A DNA stretch of 56,219 nt, filler included, from Sphacelaria rigidula (lineage: Eukaryota), in NCBI GenBank assembly GCA_964200075.2. It is 7 parts of 7 records of this genome, joined end to end, with 100 filler letters (N's around TTAATTAATTAA, not from the genome) between each part and the next. Parts side by side here need not be neighbours in the genome. Positions count along the whole stretch, not along the records: positions 32,185 to 40,129 come from CAXNAA020012888.1; positions 40,230 to 48,174 come from CAXNAA020012889.1; 5 more parts are not named here. One strand, 5' to 3'. Positions 34,629 to 47,826 of the stretch are shown one piece after another. A program made the position numbers and the translations under genes. The stretch's first letter is position 1, and each line of letters begins with the position of its first letter. Under the pieces are notes generated by a model that had not been told where the DNA came from, made no database searches, and saw only the letters and a list, made by a program, of their open reading frames with translations.

Positions 34629-36356
34629 GCATACGAACCCTGCGACAGACAGGGGGAACCGGTGCATCGTACGAAGGGTGTAGGCATGTATCGTAAGTAT
34701 ACTGTATATTTAGTGTTCAATTGGCTGTAGCCGATGCTGCCACTATGCGGTCTGCCTTTTTCGGCCCTTTTTTGCACGCAATAAATTGTCCCGCATGCGC
34801 TGGCTTTGGCAAGAAAGGCGTACATGTAGTCGTAGCGCATTATGATATTACGAGATACATTGCAGGCGTCGCAGTTACAAATTAAGCCCTTAATTCGTCG
34901 ACACTTGCATGAGGCGTCATCGCCCATATCAATATGACCGTTACACCCCGCATGCACTCAAGGTCAAATATACTACCGCAGTCAAACACCCACAAACGGG
35001 CGGCATTCCCCCTGCGGATCGAGAGTTGAAGAGCTACCTTGTCAAGTCCAGTAGCAGAGTTACGAGGTATCAAGAAGAACAAGGTGAGCAGAGAAAAACA
35101 TGTAGTGAAAGGGAGAGAGGGGTAGGTCCTACTACTTCAGCTGTCGGTCGCTCTCGTACGCAAGCACGCTCATGCGTTGCCTCCCATATCTCTTGATGTA
35201 TGACTTTTACCGTACCGTACTGTACTGTGCTGTACTGTACTGTCCCGTACTGAGTATAGTACCATATATATGGTGCACCTGACCTGGTTTCACAATGATC
35301 GCAGATGGCGATAACATGGTTTGAGCAGAGTCGTTTTGCCACCGAGACAGGAGTATAGCGAGGTCTACAACTGACTGTTGCTTGGTCGTGCATCCCCAAG
35401 CATTTGACGTCAGAGGAGGGAAACACGGTACGTCTTTCGAGGAGGATATGCCCGCGGGCTCGTCGCTGTGCACTACCCTAGTGCTTTATTGCAGAAACGT
35501 TGTATCTCACAAGGCAGCACAGACAGTCCACTACAAGCGCGCCGACTACGACATATATGCTGTAACTGGCAGTTGAAGTTTCTGTCGGCTATACTGTAGT
35601 GCCCGGACGACCGAGCTGATCCATACCCTGCACGCACATCTACGGGACTGCGAACGGCGCGTTTCTCACAAGCTCACGAGCACAACCAGAGAATCAACTG
35701 AATCTCATGCCCTTGATCTCGCTGGAGGGCAGCAGCATTCCTGTTGTCTGTGACTAACTACGAGGAGGCAGCAGGCAGCACATGACAGCACGATACCGCC
35801 CGTGGACAAGTAGTAGCGACTGTAGCTGGAGCTCATCTCCATTTTGTCCGTTTCGGCGCGTCATCGTCCTACATTTTACGCATGTTTTTCACGTGGTTTC
35901 GTCACAATACGCCGATGTAGAAAGTTGATAAGAGTAGAGAGCTGGTATGAGGATTAGTCGAGGCCATCGTGATAGTGGAGAAGAGTACCGCAGCAATATT
36001 GGTACTTCGTCGCCAGGCATGACGCGCTGGGGGGGAAATGCGGCGTAACCGGGCGCGTCCAGAGCAAGTGATTGGCCATTTCAGTCGGAATCTTGAATCT
36101 TGAGTATCGAATCCTGTACGATCTTTATTTCGGTTGTTGCTGTTTGCTGACAGCATGAGCTGGGCCAGCCTAGAAATGGATATCAATACATATACTGCAA
36201 GCACAGTCCATATCTCTATCATGCATACTTCTTTCAAGTGAAATTAATGCCGATCCAACAGACGACCTGATGTTCTCTCTCGCTGTCTCAGAGTTGGGCT
36301 CTCAGAGCTATATCTCATTCGACAAAGACGGATTGGACCGTTTTCCGCATATCTTA

Positions 36357-36733
36357 ACCCACTTTTATGGCAACGTATCTCGATTTGTACAATTATGAGG
36401 ATGTGAGCCCGTCTATAGGCGGTTTTCTCCCGTGGATCGATTTTTCGGACCCCAATCCGTTGGACAATGTTCTTCGGCTAGCTGTGAGCAAACCAGATTT
36501 TTAAAATCGGGGGAGATGCGGGAGTGTCCCGGTTCGGGTAGAAAAGTGGTGTATCGAAAGTCAACGCCCAGGAAATCGGAGAATTGATCTGGTTTGCTTG
36601 CTCACAGCTAGCCGAAGAACATTGTCCAACGGACTGGGGTCCGAAAAATCGATCCGCGGGAGAAAACCGCCTATAGACGGGCTCACATCCTCATAATTGT
36701 ACAAATCAAGATCCGTTGCCATAAAAAGTGGGT
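36357..36733. mobile_element. 377-bp foldback MITE with ~140-bp TIRs, flanked by CTTA
   Basis: ctta|ACCCACTTTTATGGCAACG...CGTTGCCATAAAAAGTGGGT|ctta; arms are nearly perfect. Confidence 0.85.
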
Positions 36734-37509
36734 CTTATAAATCGTCCAATCAGGGGGGAAATGATCATCTGCTCGAAGGCCTGGGCTAATTTGTTCTCGT
36801 TGATCCGTTGATCAAACATGATGTCATGTAATCCCTCTACCGTACGGAGCTAGGGTCCATACTAAAGTCGGTATGAAACCCTCAAAGATATACACGGTGG
36901 GCGATGACGATTGTTGGTTTGAACATGACGATTCCCTGGAGCACGGGGAAACGATCGATACCCTCACCTTCGCCCAGTTTGTAATCTACCCCGAGAGACC
37001 TTACACATAATAATATTAATATTTGATACCAAACTCAATACATTAGGAGCAGAGGCACTAAATAGACTACATCTGGAATCGTGTCTCAGTTTTGAGAGTT
37101 GTACTTTGAAATTTGGTATGAAGAATCGATGGGACATGGAAAGACGAAAATATATCAGCTCCACGAAAAAAAAATCGTGTCTTCGGGCAGTTCCGGTGAA
37201 AAATGGACTTTGCTTTTGGCCCTTAACTCAGTTTCTCAGCTCAGTTTTTGAATTGTGATTTGAACTTGACTATGGGCAACCGCATGAGCATTGTACTGAA
37301 AACGAAGACGTGAGCCTTGATCTTTTTCTGTTCGCTGAGTTTGGGCGTTCTCGTGAAAAAAATATGTTTACTATATACTAAAACTTCCTCGTGAAAAATG
37401 AAAGTTTCCCAACTTTTCGACACACAATTTTTCTAGGCGCAAGTATCAAAACCGGGCCTGCAAAATATTATTCCGGGTCTCAACCTGCCCGGGTTCTAAG
37501 TCGTCCAGT

Positions 37510-38204
37510 CTCACCTCAATTTTGATATTTGGACTTTCAAATTTGGTGCGAAGAATCGCTGTGGCATAAAAGGCAACAATTGAGGAGGTGAGTCTTTTTT
37601 TTCGTGACTTTTAGTGAATACTGAATCATGTTTTCTGCCCTTCAGGCCCACGGATTGTTCACTTTCGGGGACGTTTGACCCCCTTTTCGACCCCTAAACA
37701 GGGAAAATCGCCAACACGCGTCTTCGACACTTCGCATCACCTCATAGAGAGGAGCCTAGCCCACCTTTCAGATTCGCTTGGCTCCAAGGTTTCGAGATTG
37801 GCCGCTGAACAAAAATTCGTGTGCAAAAATCTGTGCTTGCCGATCCCCGCCAGTTTGCCCAATAATCTGTAGAGATCGCCTCAGATTTTGTTGCACACGG
37901 AATTTTGTTCAGCGGCCAATCTCGAAACCTTGGAGCCAAGCGAATCTAAAAAGTAGGCTAGGCTCCTCTCTGTGGGGCGATGCAAAGTGTCTAAGACGTA
38001 TGTTGGCGATTTTCCCTGTTTGGGGTCAAAAAGTGGCTCAAACGCCGTAAAAGTGAGCAATCCGTGAGCCAAAAATCTGTGTGCCGTAACATCCTGCTTC
38101 ACTCATGAAAAAACAAGCTCAACATCCCCGAATTTCTTGTTTTATTATGCCCTGTTGATTCTTCATGCCAAATATGTAAGTCAAACTCTCAAAATTGAGG
38201 TGAG
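37510..38204. mobile_element. Outer diverged inverted-repeat element enclosing 37645-38070
   Basis: ctcacctcaattttga...atttggtgcgaagaatc is inverted at gattcttcatgccaaat...tcaaaattgaggtgag; a related unit lies near 37083-37180. Confidence 0.6.
37645..38070. mobile_element. ~425-bp foldback element with ~190-bp arms
   Basis: ggcccacggattg...agattcgcttggctccaaggtttcgagattggccgctgaacaaaa is inverted at 37905-38070; it gives mirror ORFs MAPRFRDWPLNK on both strands. Confidence 0.85.
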
Positions 38205-38639
38205 AAAGGGCCTGCGACCTACAGTTTGGCCCAGATCGATTACACACTGGTAGACAAACACGCGAGAGCGATATGCCGTAGCACCAGATGCACGAGACAA
38301 GATCAACTACAAGTGTTGCAGATGTATCTCCGCGGGCACGTGCAATATTAGGTAGAGTAAGCGTTAGCATAGCGAAGTTATCACGATTGTGGGGGTTGGG
38401 TGCATACCGTTGCGCGCGGATGGTAGCTATACAACTGCTGTCCTCTTTTACGGCGGTATCCTGTTTCGATCATCACCACGAAATTCTCGGACCGACTGAA
38501 CTTTCAACGTTGAAGCGTTTCAGGTAGCTGTTGCACCGTTGCGGCCGCGCAAGAAATCGATCAGAGATATTATCTTCGGGAATAAAGTTGAACATTCAAA
38601 TAAGGTTCAACACCAAAAGAGCGATTTCCCTTACCTGAA

Positions 38640-38912
38640 GTCATGACAAATGACTTTCATATGGACGACCTCATGCCCCCCGACCTCCCCGAAACTATTT
38701 TTTGGAGTTTCCCGTCTTCCGTTCCTCCAGAGGATGTGTATATTTGAAGCAATCTTATTGCCTCGATTTCGGGGTGAAAGAAGGGACGTTTTCAGTAAGA
38801 AATTGGTGCTTTCATGCAAACCGTTGAAGGAACGGAGGACGGGAGACCCCCGTAAGTAGTTTCAGGGACGTCGGGGGGCATGAGTCGCCCGTATACAAGT
38901 CACTTGTAATGA
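38640..38912. mobile_element. ~270-bp foldback MITE
   Basis: gtcatgacaaatgactt...ctcatgccccccgac...ccgttcct is inverted at aggaacgg...gtcggggggcatgag...aagtcacttgtaatgac. Confidence 0.75.
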
Positions 38913-39429
38913 CGCTATAATAGTATTAAGATATCACAAATACCACCGAGGTAAACAGTAAGCTCTGACGGTTCAGCTCAGTGGTATCTGCGACATCTTA
39001 ACAATAGCTAATCCCGTTTTAAATATCCCATTGCTGACTGTCAAGATCGATGGTATCTGCAACATCGTAGCAGTTTGGTCTGGGAAAGCATTGTTTTGGA
39101 GTTCAAACTCATGTTGATAGCCAAGGTCATTTTCGAAGATAATCAGTCATGGGAATTCTGGAAGGGCGCAATTCCCATGGACGTGCATGTTGCGGCTTGC
39201 CGCGACGAAAAAGCAGATCAGCCCATCTTTTTCCGCCACAGGCGAAAAAAATGTGCGGCATTTTCAGCAGAGGCGAAAAGCAGACCAGCGGGCAGTATTT
39301 CTGATGAAACTGAAAAGCACTCATATATATCGCAGTAATCTCTGGTGAGAATGTGTATAGATATCCCCAATAAATCACCCGCAGCAGTTCTCCGGGAGCC
39401 TCCCAAAGTCATCCTGCGATAGGGGGGGG

Positions 39430-40129
39430 AAGTTGTACTCATGATCATTCATGCCATAGTCATAACACCATTGACCTCCCATAAGGATGAGACCTTTGAC
39501 ATCGCATCCCTTGAAAGCCGGGGCGGACCACGCCGGGTTTCCGTCGGATCAGGCTCGTAGTCAACCACCAAGCGCGAGGCACCGTGGTGTGTTCGACGAG
39601 TCACATGAAGGGTGAGCTGCATCCTGCTAAGATTGTTTGGTCCGAATCCTACTGATTGTCTTGCATTTGGATGACAGCCTACAATGAGTTGCTTCTTTTT
39701 CTGGTGTCGCCACTTGCAGAGACAGCCACGCCTTATACACAGCCTCATGGGTGTCTCACCATGCAAACACTTAGTGGAACGATCATCCCCGCTGTGCGAA
39801 GTTGAGTTTCTCCCACGCCGCACAACACGATCTAGCTCGACTACCATCGTGGTTACCGCGAAAAAAGCGCAAGCGCAGAAAAAAATCGACAACCTGGTTG
39901 TCCAGCTTACGCAGTGAGTGGCGTGTTTTATAGCGTCATCGCCAACCCACGTCAACCCCATCGGGGATCCGCTCCAACAAAGCCGGGGCGGAGCACGCCG
40001 GGTTCTCGCCGGACTTGGCTGACTACGTTGAGGGGGTGTACTCATGATCACGCATGCCATAGTCATCAGACCATTGACCTCGCATCCCTACAAAGCCGGG
40101 ACGGAGCACGCCGGGTTCTCGCCGGACCA
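39430..40129. mobile_element. One near-full and two partial copies of the 4960-5512 family
   Basis: Repeated tgtactcatgatc...ccattgacctc...aaagccggg(g/a)cggagcacgccggg. Confidence 0.7.
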
Positions 40130-40229
40130 NNNNNNNNNNNNNNNNNNNNNNNNNNNNNNNNNNNNNNNNNNNNTTAATTAATTAANNNNNNNNNNNNNNN
40201 NNNNNNNNNNNNNNNNNNNNNNNNNNNNN
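40130..40229. other. Artificial contig linker
   Basis: N44-TTAATTAATTAA-N44. Confidence 0.98.
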
Positions 40230-40839
40230 GGTTAGGGGCACATGGGCGCAACCGCTTGCGAGTCCTGAACATTTTGAACAAAATGAATGGAATTTCGATG
40301 GTCCGTTGAACCTCATAAGAATGTTTAACCTCAATAACGATTCCAGGCTGTTGTACCGTAAATACCCGCCGTACAGGAGCGGGAGAATATATATCACCTC
40401 TACTCGCGAATGCGCAACAATCTCCCGCACTTGTACAATGCAGTAAAGGACTGCGGTAGTACGAGATACAGATCACGAGCTCGCTGCACCAACAGCGACT
40501 CTTGAGCAACCACGACTGACGAGCTGCCTGTCCCCTATGTGGCCACACCAATACTGAGCTTACCAAGCGCCACACGAACGCGGCCAACTGCGTGTTACAA
40601 GCAGGTTTTGGCCAACCAGATAATCCTGCACACCGCTCGCTGTCGACTGGTGACCAATTTTGGGATGTACGGGAGTGATTGTTTGCTCTGAAGTTTCAAA
40701 ATTGAAAAATGCGACGCAGTACACCGGCCAACGTCGCGTAATCAGGCGCATATCACGTACGCGCAGCACGCAACGGCAGTGCCCCTCGATCATGGCGGAC
40801 AGGACTGCATCAAACGAGCATCACGGGCTTGCAAATCTT

Positions 40840-41086
40840 TTCTTTCCACGATGGACCCCCCACGGAACGTGACTGGTTTGCGGAGACAACATCTACACGT
40901 AAATCGAAATAAAAAAAAGCTGGGCACAACGAGCAGCTGGAAATTCCAACGCTCGGATTCGTTTTCGCCTATGTCGCCCATATGAGGCGCTTCATGCAGT
41001 CTGAAACCAAACATCAGGCGCTGTATGACCATTTTCTTCGTGACAGTTTGGGCTGGTTGTGGGAGGGGGCTATCGTAGAAAGTGTC
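40840..41086. mobile_element. GAC-family MITE copy with degenerate left TIR
   Basis: Colinear with 34375-34628; ends gggctatcgtagaaagtgtc. Confidence 0.75.
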
Positions 41087-41923
41087 AAGAGTATGTTGCC
41101 ATATATTTGGTCACTACCTTCGGTCGAATAGATCAAGAATAGGCTCCGTGGGTGCAAAGTCCTGAACGTCACACGTGCAAAAACAAATGCTACAGTACTA
41201 CCACGTAACGCGTATTCGACACAAGTACAGTACCACACTGTTAATATCATATAACAGTAACTCTTTATAGTTTATGAGAAGCACAGTATACAAAAGACCC
41301 GGGGTTGCTCGTGCTGGGTTGAAATTACGATGTTTTCGGGCCAGATTGGACGTGGTGGTATAGGCTGGTGCCGTTTGTCAAACAGACCACACCACAAGTA
41401 CAGTAACATGATCAAGTGGAAATCTGGATCGTGGCAACAGCCTCTTGCACAGCGGTTCACCTCCCCCAGAGTGTGAGCTGGTACATGTATGGAAGAGTTA
41501 CAACAGACACTGAGTATTTCCGAACCACCTCAAAATTTCCAGTACACATAATGTGCGCACGCTGAAACGAACACCCGTCGCCGACGTGCTAACTTGAATT
41601 TACCGCACCGCAAACAGTCTCGATCAGGCCTGTACGTTCGTACTACACAAGAAGGACTCCAGCATATGTTTGGTGAAACGCCGTGTGCTGCATTTCCACT
41701 AGCTAAATAAACCCGCCCCCATCATAGTGTATGCCAGGTACGGGCGTAGCTTGTGGATGCTGCACGGCAGCCGGTGATATGTGACAGGTTCGAAATTCGG
41801 GCAACATCGGCATGACGCTGTCTACAAGCTTGCGCACCCTGCGCACCCGCTGCCGTCTGCATTCCAGCAACGCGAATCAGAATAAAAGAGGCACGACACC
41901 AAGCCTATGATTTTCCCCGTCAC

Positions 41924-42129
41924 CTTGTAGGTGAGTCGCAAGCCTGCTGCTCTTGCTCATCATCTCGACCGCGCTTCAGACTATTTCCCCCGCGGGCACC
42001 CGGATCCTCACCGCCAATGCCCCCGTCACGATCACCCTCGGCATCATCTGGTCTCCAATGCTGTTTGCTGTGCTGCAACCTCAAGGATGCCACATTGTTT
42101 GTGTTGGCACGATCTTCTTCGAGATCCAT
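41924..42129 (-). CDS. Putative first exon of an unidentified gene divergent from NUP93
   Basis: ATG-initiated acidic/Gly-rich frame MDLEEDRAN...LKRGRDDEQ ending at AG|gtgacg; no recognisable domain. Confidence 0.4.
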
Positions 42130-43334
42130 GCCGCAATCTGACTACAAGTGTACTGTATCAGACAGCTGGATCCTGCACAGCAATGCAGCCGTAGTTAATT
42201 AGCCAAATCCGTCCGCAACAGGCACACGAGTCCAACACTGACGAGAGACTAGGTGTCGAGATTTGCAAACTTGTCCGTCAAGAAGCTCGCGGCCCCCGGG
42301 TTGTGACCACCTTCGCCGAAAGCTGTGCCCTTGGAGATATATTGCTACGGAGAAGGGACAGCGGCAGTATACACACGTCTGCGGACGCGTTTGTATCAAA
42401 ACGGCCGAGTGCCTATGTGTGTGTTCCCGTAGTAGATCCTGACCTCCAGGTTGAACCGTCCAGCTGCAACAAACACTTGTATTATGCTGTAGATCTGCAA
42501 CAAAGAGCGCTTCGATCTGCCCTGAGAAAAGCAACAAGCAGGTGTTGCTGCAAGTGGAACCTTCTGTTCGACACCCTTGTGATGTCGCCCGTTGCACCGC
42601 AGGCCTGATTTTCTGATGTTATAAGATCTTCGTTCAAAAATCGTTGCAACTTTTATGTTGTAGAACAAATAACGGAGAACGAACACGGGAGCAGGTTGGA
42701 TCGGGGTGCGCACCATCGTGCCGCATTTTCATGATCTACGGAGATTCGGGCTATGTAAAAGTAAGATATGATGCCCAACGGCTGAGTTCCGCCCACAAAT
42801 GATTGACATTGGTTGCTGTGATGAGTGATCATCGATCCAGCCTCAATCTTGAGACCACCACAATATGCTGTAGAGACAAAATGAGAGCGGTGCCCATATA
42901 TATTCCTGATTGCAGTAAAATCGAAACAGAGAACCAGCCAAGATTGGGATGGGCACATCGAGATGGTGTGCTCCGGACATGAACGCCGGGCACGATGAGA
43001 CGTGCTCATCTTACCCAACCTCATCTACCATGAACGCCGACGATATCAGAGGAGATCCCATTTGTATGTATACATAACTAAATGAAACAGTAGGCATGCC
43101 TTGGCAAGAAAAAGATTAAACGATTCGCGTGAATAGGGCAAAAGGAGAAAGCGAACTTGGACGCTCTGCTTTCTGCCGCCTTGCGCACCCATATGCGGCG
43201 CAACTGCAATGTCCGTCTGTCAGGAGATAACGGGAACTGACATAATTACTACAAGCTACTGTGAAGATAAATAATACAACCAATTGCTTGGGCGCCAGAG
43301 AGCGTACAGCACAACGCCACCCAAGAGCGGAAGC

Positions 43335-43544
43335 ATGATGGCGGCGCCAAGTATGACAGGGGGAGGGGGGGTGGGAATGGGCCCGTCAGATATAGCAGCA
43401 ACAGCAAATGGAAGCACTGGCAACAAAAATAAGAATAATGAAGGACCTGACTTCCGGGCCCTTGCCATGGAGAGCGAGAGTTTGCTGTCGCACATCGCTC
43501 GGCCGGACGGTATACCGAGGGTTCACAAGAGCCTGGCTGAGATT
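43335..43544 (+). CDS. NUP93: Nucleoporin Nup93/Nic96, first coding exon
   Basis: PDFRALAMESESLLSHIARPDGIPRVHKSLAEI matches the Nup93/Nic96 N-terminal F-xx-L...L...P-x-V-x-R/K-x-L-x-EI pattern; donor |gtaagt. Confidence 0.7.
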
Positions 43545-45811
43545 GTAAGTTTTTCAAATCCTCAGCATATAGCCACGTTTCCTTCATGTGCTACCTGATT
43601 AGTACGTATATACATCACTAAGCTCTGGTTTATAGTTCATCGTTACTTTGCCGACTGTACTGGCTGCGATATGTTGCTGAGCTGGGATTTGAAATGCTTG
43701 CTCCACCGACGGACTGATGACTGCCGTTGGGGGTTTGTCTCTCCGAAAGAAGAAACACACAAGACATTTGGCGATGCAGTGAAACGAAGTCCCGTATGGA
43801 TGGCGAGGTGAGTCAGCAGTTTGCCGACCGCTCCTGATCGTTTCATTCACCGATATCAGCACTTGTTGCATCTCAATCTGTGAAGCCTGTCTGCGGTAGA
43901 TGTCCGCGGCGCCTTTCCCATCCTGTCGGTGCACTTTGTACTGTGGTACAATGAGCATGTTTTCTCCTGTACTGTACAGAAGTATTGACTAGCGTACGAG
44001 TACGGCCGGCCGGCCATCCCTCCTCGCTGCAGATTCTCGTACGCCCCGTGCACCTGCGCACCTACGGGACTATATATGCTATCGCAGTGTTATGAATTGA
44101 TACATGATGATAGCAAGTCTGTCAAGCGTTTCAAAAGGCGAGACGACATTGCCCACTCACGGCTGTCGTCCTTCCCCTGTATTTGGTTGCGAGTAAATAC
44201 AAATCACACATCACCCGTTGCTTTGTTCGCCGACAGTCCCGCAATTTTTTGGTGGGTGTGTTTTTTGTAGATCATGGATGGACGCCAGAAGGATGTGGGC
44301 GCTTGGCAGGAGTGATGGAAAAAAAAATGAAAAGAAGTATGCAGCAGCGTTTGGTCATGGTTGAGCGTGGTCTTTCGTAGGCTTGGCATTAGATGAACGC
44401 CAGACGGATATGGGATATAGGTCCTTCATAAAAGTGATGCCAAAAAAAATGGCCAAGAGACGTGCGGCAGCATTTTGCCATGGTTGACACCATTTTGCCA
44501 TAGTTGACATCATTTTGCTGTAGCCTTTTTCCATACATGAATCATTCATTCAGCTCTGCAGTAGAGCTACTCGTAATAAGCGAGTGTACTCTAAAAAATC
44601 GATGAAATAAGTGCGGTGGGAAAAAAAAAAGTAAGCTTTACGTCCATGTCTTTTTTATGTTCTCAGACAGCTTCTGCTCCTGTTCATGATTATTCGCGCC
44701 GGCCCGGGGAAGTAAAATACGGAATTGCTGAGGTGGTGTCTCGTCAAAATAAAATATAAAAGCGTGAAAAGGAAGGAGCTTCCAGAGCAGATGATTTGTC
44801 GCCGGGCGGGTCTATGGTTGCGGCGACTAATCAGCATGCTACTTTTGGGCGTTTGTGTCCCCTTTTCACGCTTTTGTTCGTTTTTTGCTGTCTCGATAGG
44901 ACATATCCTTGTGGCCGTAGCGTTTTCGATCGAAAACATGCGGCGAGAAAGAACGAGGGGGCACTTGACTTTCATCTTATAGGCTTGTAGACCACCCCGC
45001 CAGGTACCATACCGTTCACAGAAGCATGCAAACCCCACACAGTCGTGCAGCATAGGACACAAGTGTAGCACAGGGATGGTTGTAATTACACCGCAGTGAT
45101 TGGAAACCGGCAATTTCGCCCCCCCCCCCTCCAATTTGAGAGAGGTCAAAATGGCTTGGCATACCACTCTCTAAAACCGAACCATGTTTCTCTTAAACTG
45201 CAACCACTTGTGTCTCCCCCATCAAGCCCACTTGTTGACAACCACAGCAAGCAGCAGTCTGTCGTCTTTCTGTACAGTAGTACAGCAGAACAACACAGTC
45301 GGTGATATACCGCTCACAGCTCCCTGGGGACCTTGAGGAAGTAGCCTGACGGTGCAACATGGCCGAAGTATCATACCATCTTTGTAGGGCGAACCTCGCT
45401 TGTATGAGCGACTATGCATCCAGGACAAAAATGAAACAAACTTGCATGGTAGACTTCATGTAAAGCGGCAGAAGCTGTCAAGAAGTGTACAGTAGTGGGC
45501 GGTCTAATTATTCAGGGGTGTTTCGGGGTTTTCCTCGCGTACTACTCGTCGATGGAGCTCGAAATTGCTAGCGTCGGTAAATTTCGGTACAGTAAAGAGA
45601 TCATCCTCGAACCACAGTGCCCAAGTCAGTGTTAGTTGGTGTTTTCGGGCGATACGAGTAACTACCCTGTTCATCAAATTGCCCAAGATTAAGAATCTGG
45701 GCTGAAACGTGGCAGGACCCCTGATGACCGGTCAGCCCGTAAGTCACTCACTATGGAGTACAGATTATTCTTTTTTCTTGGGATGTGGAGCGGATACGAA
45801 TATCTTCAGAT

Positions 45812-46188
45812 CCCCGATGTGATGAACGGTGTGTGTTGTTGTGTTGTCCCATGTATTCTGGACGCCGGTCTACACCTTTCGGTGTATGTGGGCGCATCAC
45901 CTGGGGTCACACAGGAGGAAGGTCAACACAGGAGCTTTTTTGTTTTTGTTTTTAGTACCGCACCTTCCTTCTGCGATGCTTGCCTTTTTATTTTTCATCG
46001 CGAGAGGGGTTCAACAATCCCTTTTCGTCGTCGACCGTTAAGTCGAATTTTGTGTACCCACGACATAGTCGCTCTCCACTACTGTTGGGCATGGTGTGAG
46101 AAAACATCCCAGATCGCTCCGAGAAATGAACCCACGACCCAACCGTCAAAGGGTTTAAGTTTACCAACTGAGCCACCGGGGCGACCGG
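45812..46188 (-). mobile_element. tRNA-derived SINE in NUP93 intron 1
   Basis: Head ccggtcgccccggTGGCTCAGTTGG (A box)...GGGTTCATTTC (B box); the body recurs inverted at 48275-48385. Confidence 0.75.
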
Positions 46189-46756
46189 TAGCAAGCGATG
46201 GCAAACGAAAAGAGCCCAAGAAAATCGCCAAATACGAAAAATAACAAAATGCCATTAAAAGAAAAGTTAGACCGCCCACTACTGCAGTCGTGATGTTGCT
46301 GGGTGTCGTAGGAGGGAGTGCAGGTTCTTGATTTCTCGTAAGTGAGATTGATTCGCGCCCTTGCGGACTTAAGTCGGTTTTCTACCGCTGTAGCAGTTGT
46401 TGTACACAGTACAGTACAGTACAGTATGTCAAGATAAAAAAATTCAACGAGGCCCGTTGACATAACGTACCTACCCTCCAGATGCCTTGATTTCGTCCAC
46501 GGTCTAACACCGATATACATCACGAATCCAAGGAGTAAGGCGCCTTGACACTAGCAAGTGTACCCTCCAGACATCTGGGTTTCACCCGCACTCTAGAGCT
46601 CATATACTCGGAGTATATCGTTGTTTCAGGTCGGCCATTTCTTTGTGTGCTTTGCTTGTGTTGACTTTTGTATTACTCTTTTTTTTTTGTCACGACTTAG
46701 CCTGCCATGTCGTTCTGTTCGACCCCTCGACCCCTCTTGCTTTTTCTTTTTTTTCT

Positions 46757-46862
46757 CAGAGCGTGTTTCAGTTTCGTTTTTCTTGGGCACGTCAACCATA
46801 AGACCACGGCTGGACCCCTGGGGGGTCAGTTGAAGTGCGACAATCAATCAATCAAGCAATCA
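46757..46862 (+). mobile_element. (CAAT)n-tailed retroposon 3' end
   Basis: agagcgtgtttcagttt...accacggctggacccctgggggtcagttgaagtgcgacaatcaatcaatc; copies at 47654-47755, 8245-8358, 5262-5332 and 31738-31810. Confidence 0.7.
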
Positions 46863-47135
46863 TTTCGGTGTAAGAGAGGTATCATCTTATACAAAGCACT
46901 CGGTTCGACAGGAAACCTCTCTCCAAACGGAGTAACCGAATGGTAGCTTTAAGAGAGATCACAAGGCCCCTGTACACCCCTCTCTTGAACCGTGACCCCC
47001 GCTGTACGGGAAAAAAGAATTCAAAGAGCCGAGGAAAAAAGTAGGAATTGAAAGAAAAAAAAAAGAGGAAGGAATTTTGTAACAAAGGGTTGTATGCCTT
47101 CCCCCAAACTCTTTTTTGTTTCTTTTTCTGAACAG

Positions 47136-47249
47136 GAACGAGGGTCTCAGAGGATGGGCGCTGTGGCTACAGCAAGGAGCAGGAGGGAGGCGTTGCATCT
47201 GGGGGTCACCGCCGATGTTGCAGAGCACAAGCAAGAAATCAAGGGGGGG
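47136..47249 (+). CDS. NUP93: Nup93/Nic96, second exon
   Basis: gaacag| ERGSQRMGAVATARSRREALHLGVTADVAEHKQEIKGG |gtgagc; phase 0 continues SLAEI-ERGSQRM. Confidence 0.6.
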
Positions 47250-47774
47250 GTGAGCATGTCATGGGCAACAGCCGAAAAATGAAACGAATGACATGCGGGT
47301 ACACTACAGTTCCTTCCAAAAGTACGATCTTGAGAAGGCCAAGAAGTGGACATAGTTGTCCATAACCAGATAAGATCGAGTTAGTGTGCGGAGTTAAAAG
47401 TTATAGTAGTAGTAGTAGTGGTGGTAGTAGTAGTAGTAGTAGCTGGGCCAGCTGGCAGTGATTTTTTAATGTTTTCGAGGAGTTAGTTGCTGACACTTCG
47501 ACGTATTTTCATCATCATGGGCAACATGTTGAGTGATGCCAAGAAAAATAAGGGAAAAAAATGTCAAGAGTGACGTAAAGTTTCAGCAAAACCGGGAAAA
47601 TTCTAGTATTATAGAATTCCGTGAAACAGTAGTAGTTTGTTTGTTTTTTCCTTAGAGCGTGTTTCAGTTTTGATGTGTCTTGTCTTGGCTACGTCAACCA
47701 TGAGACCACGGCTGGACCCCTGAGGGGTCAGTCAAAGTGCGACAATCAAATCAATGAAGAAATCAGTAGAAGTC

Positions 47775-47826
<52 letters not shown>
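47775..47826. repeat. (TAG)n microsatellite; another at 47404-47442
   Basis: Directly visible repeat. Confidence 0.95.

Noticed and set aside
37742-38050. Duplicated small genes on both strands
   Set aside because: Mirror ORFs produced by the foldback element
46115-46188. tRNA gene
   Set aside because: A and B boxes are present but there is no acceptor-stem closure and it continues into a repeated body, so it is a SINE head
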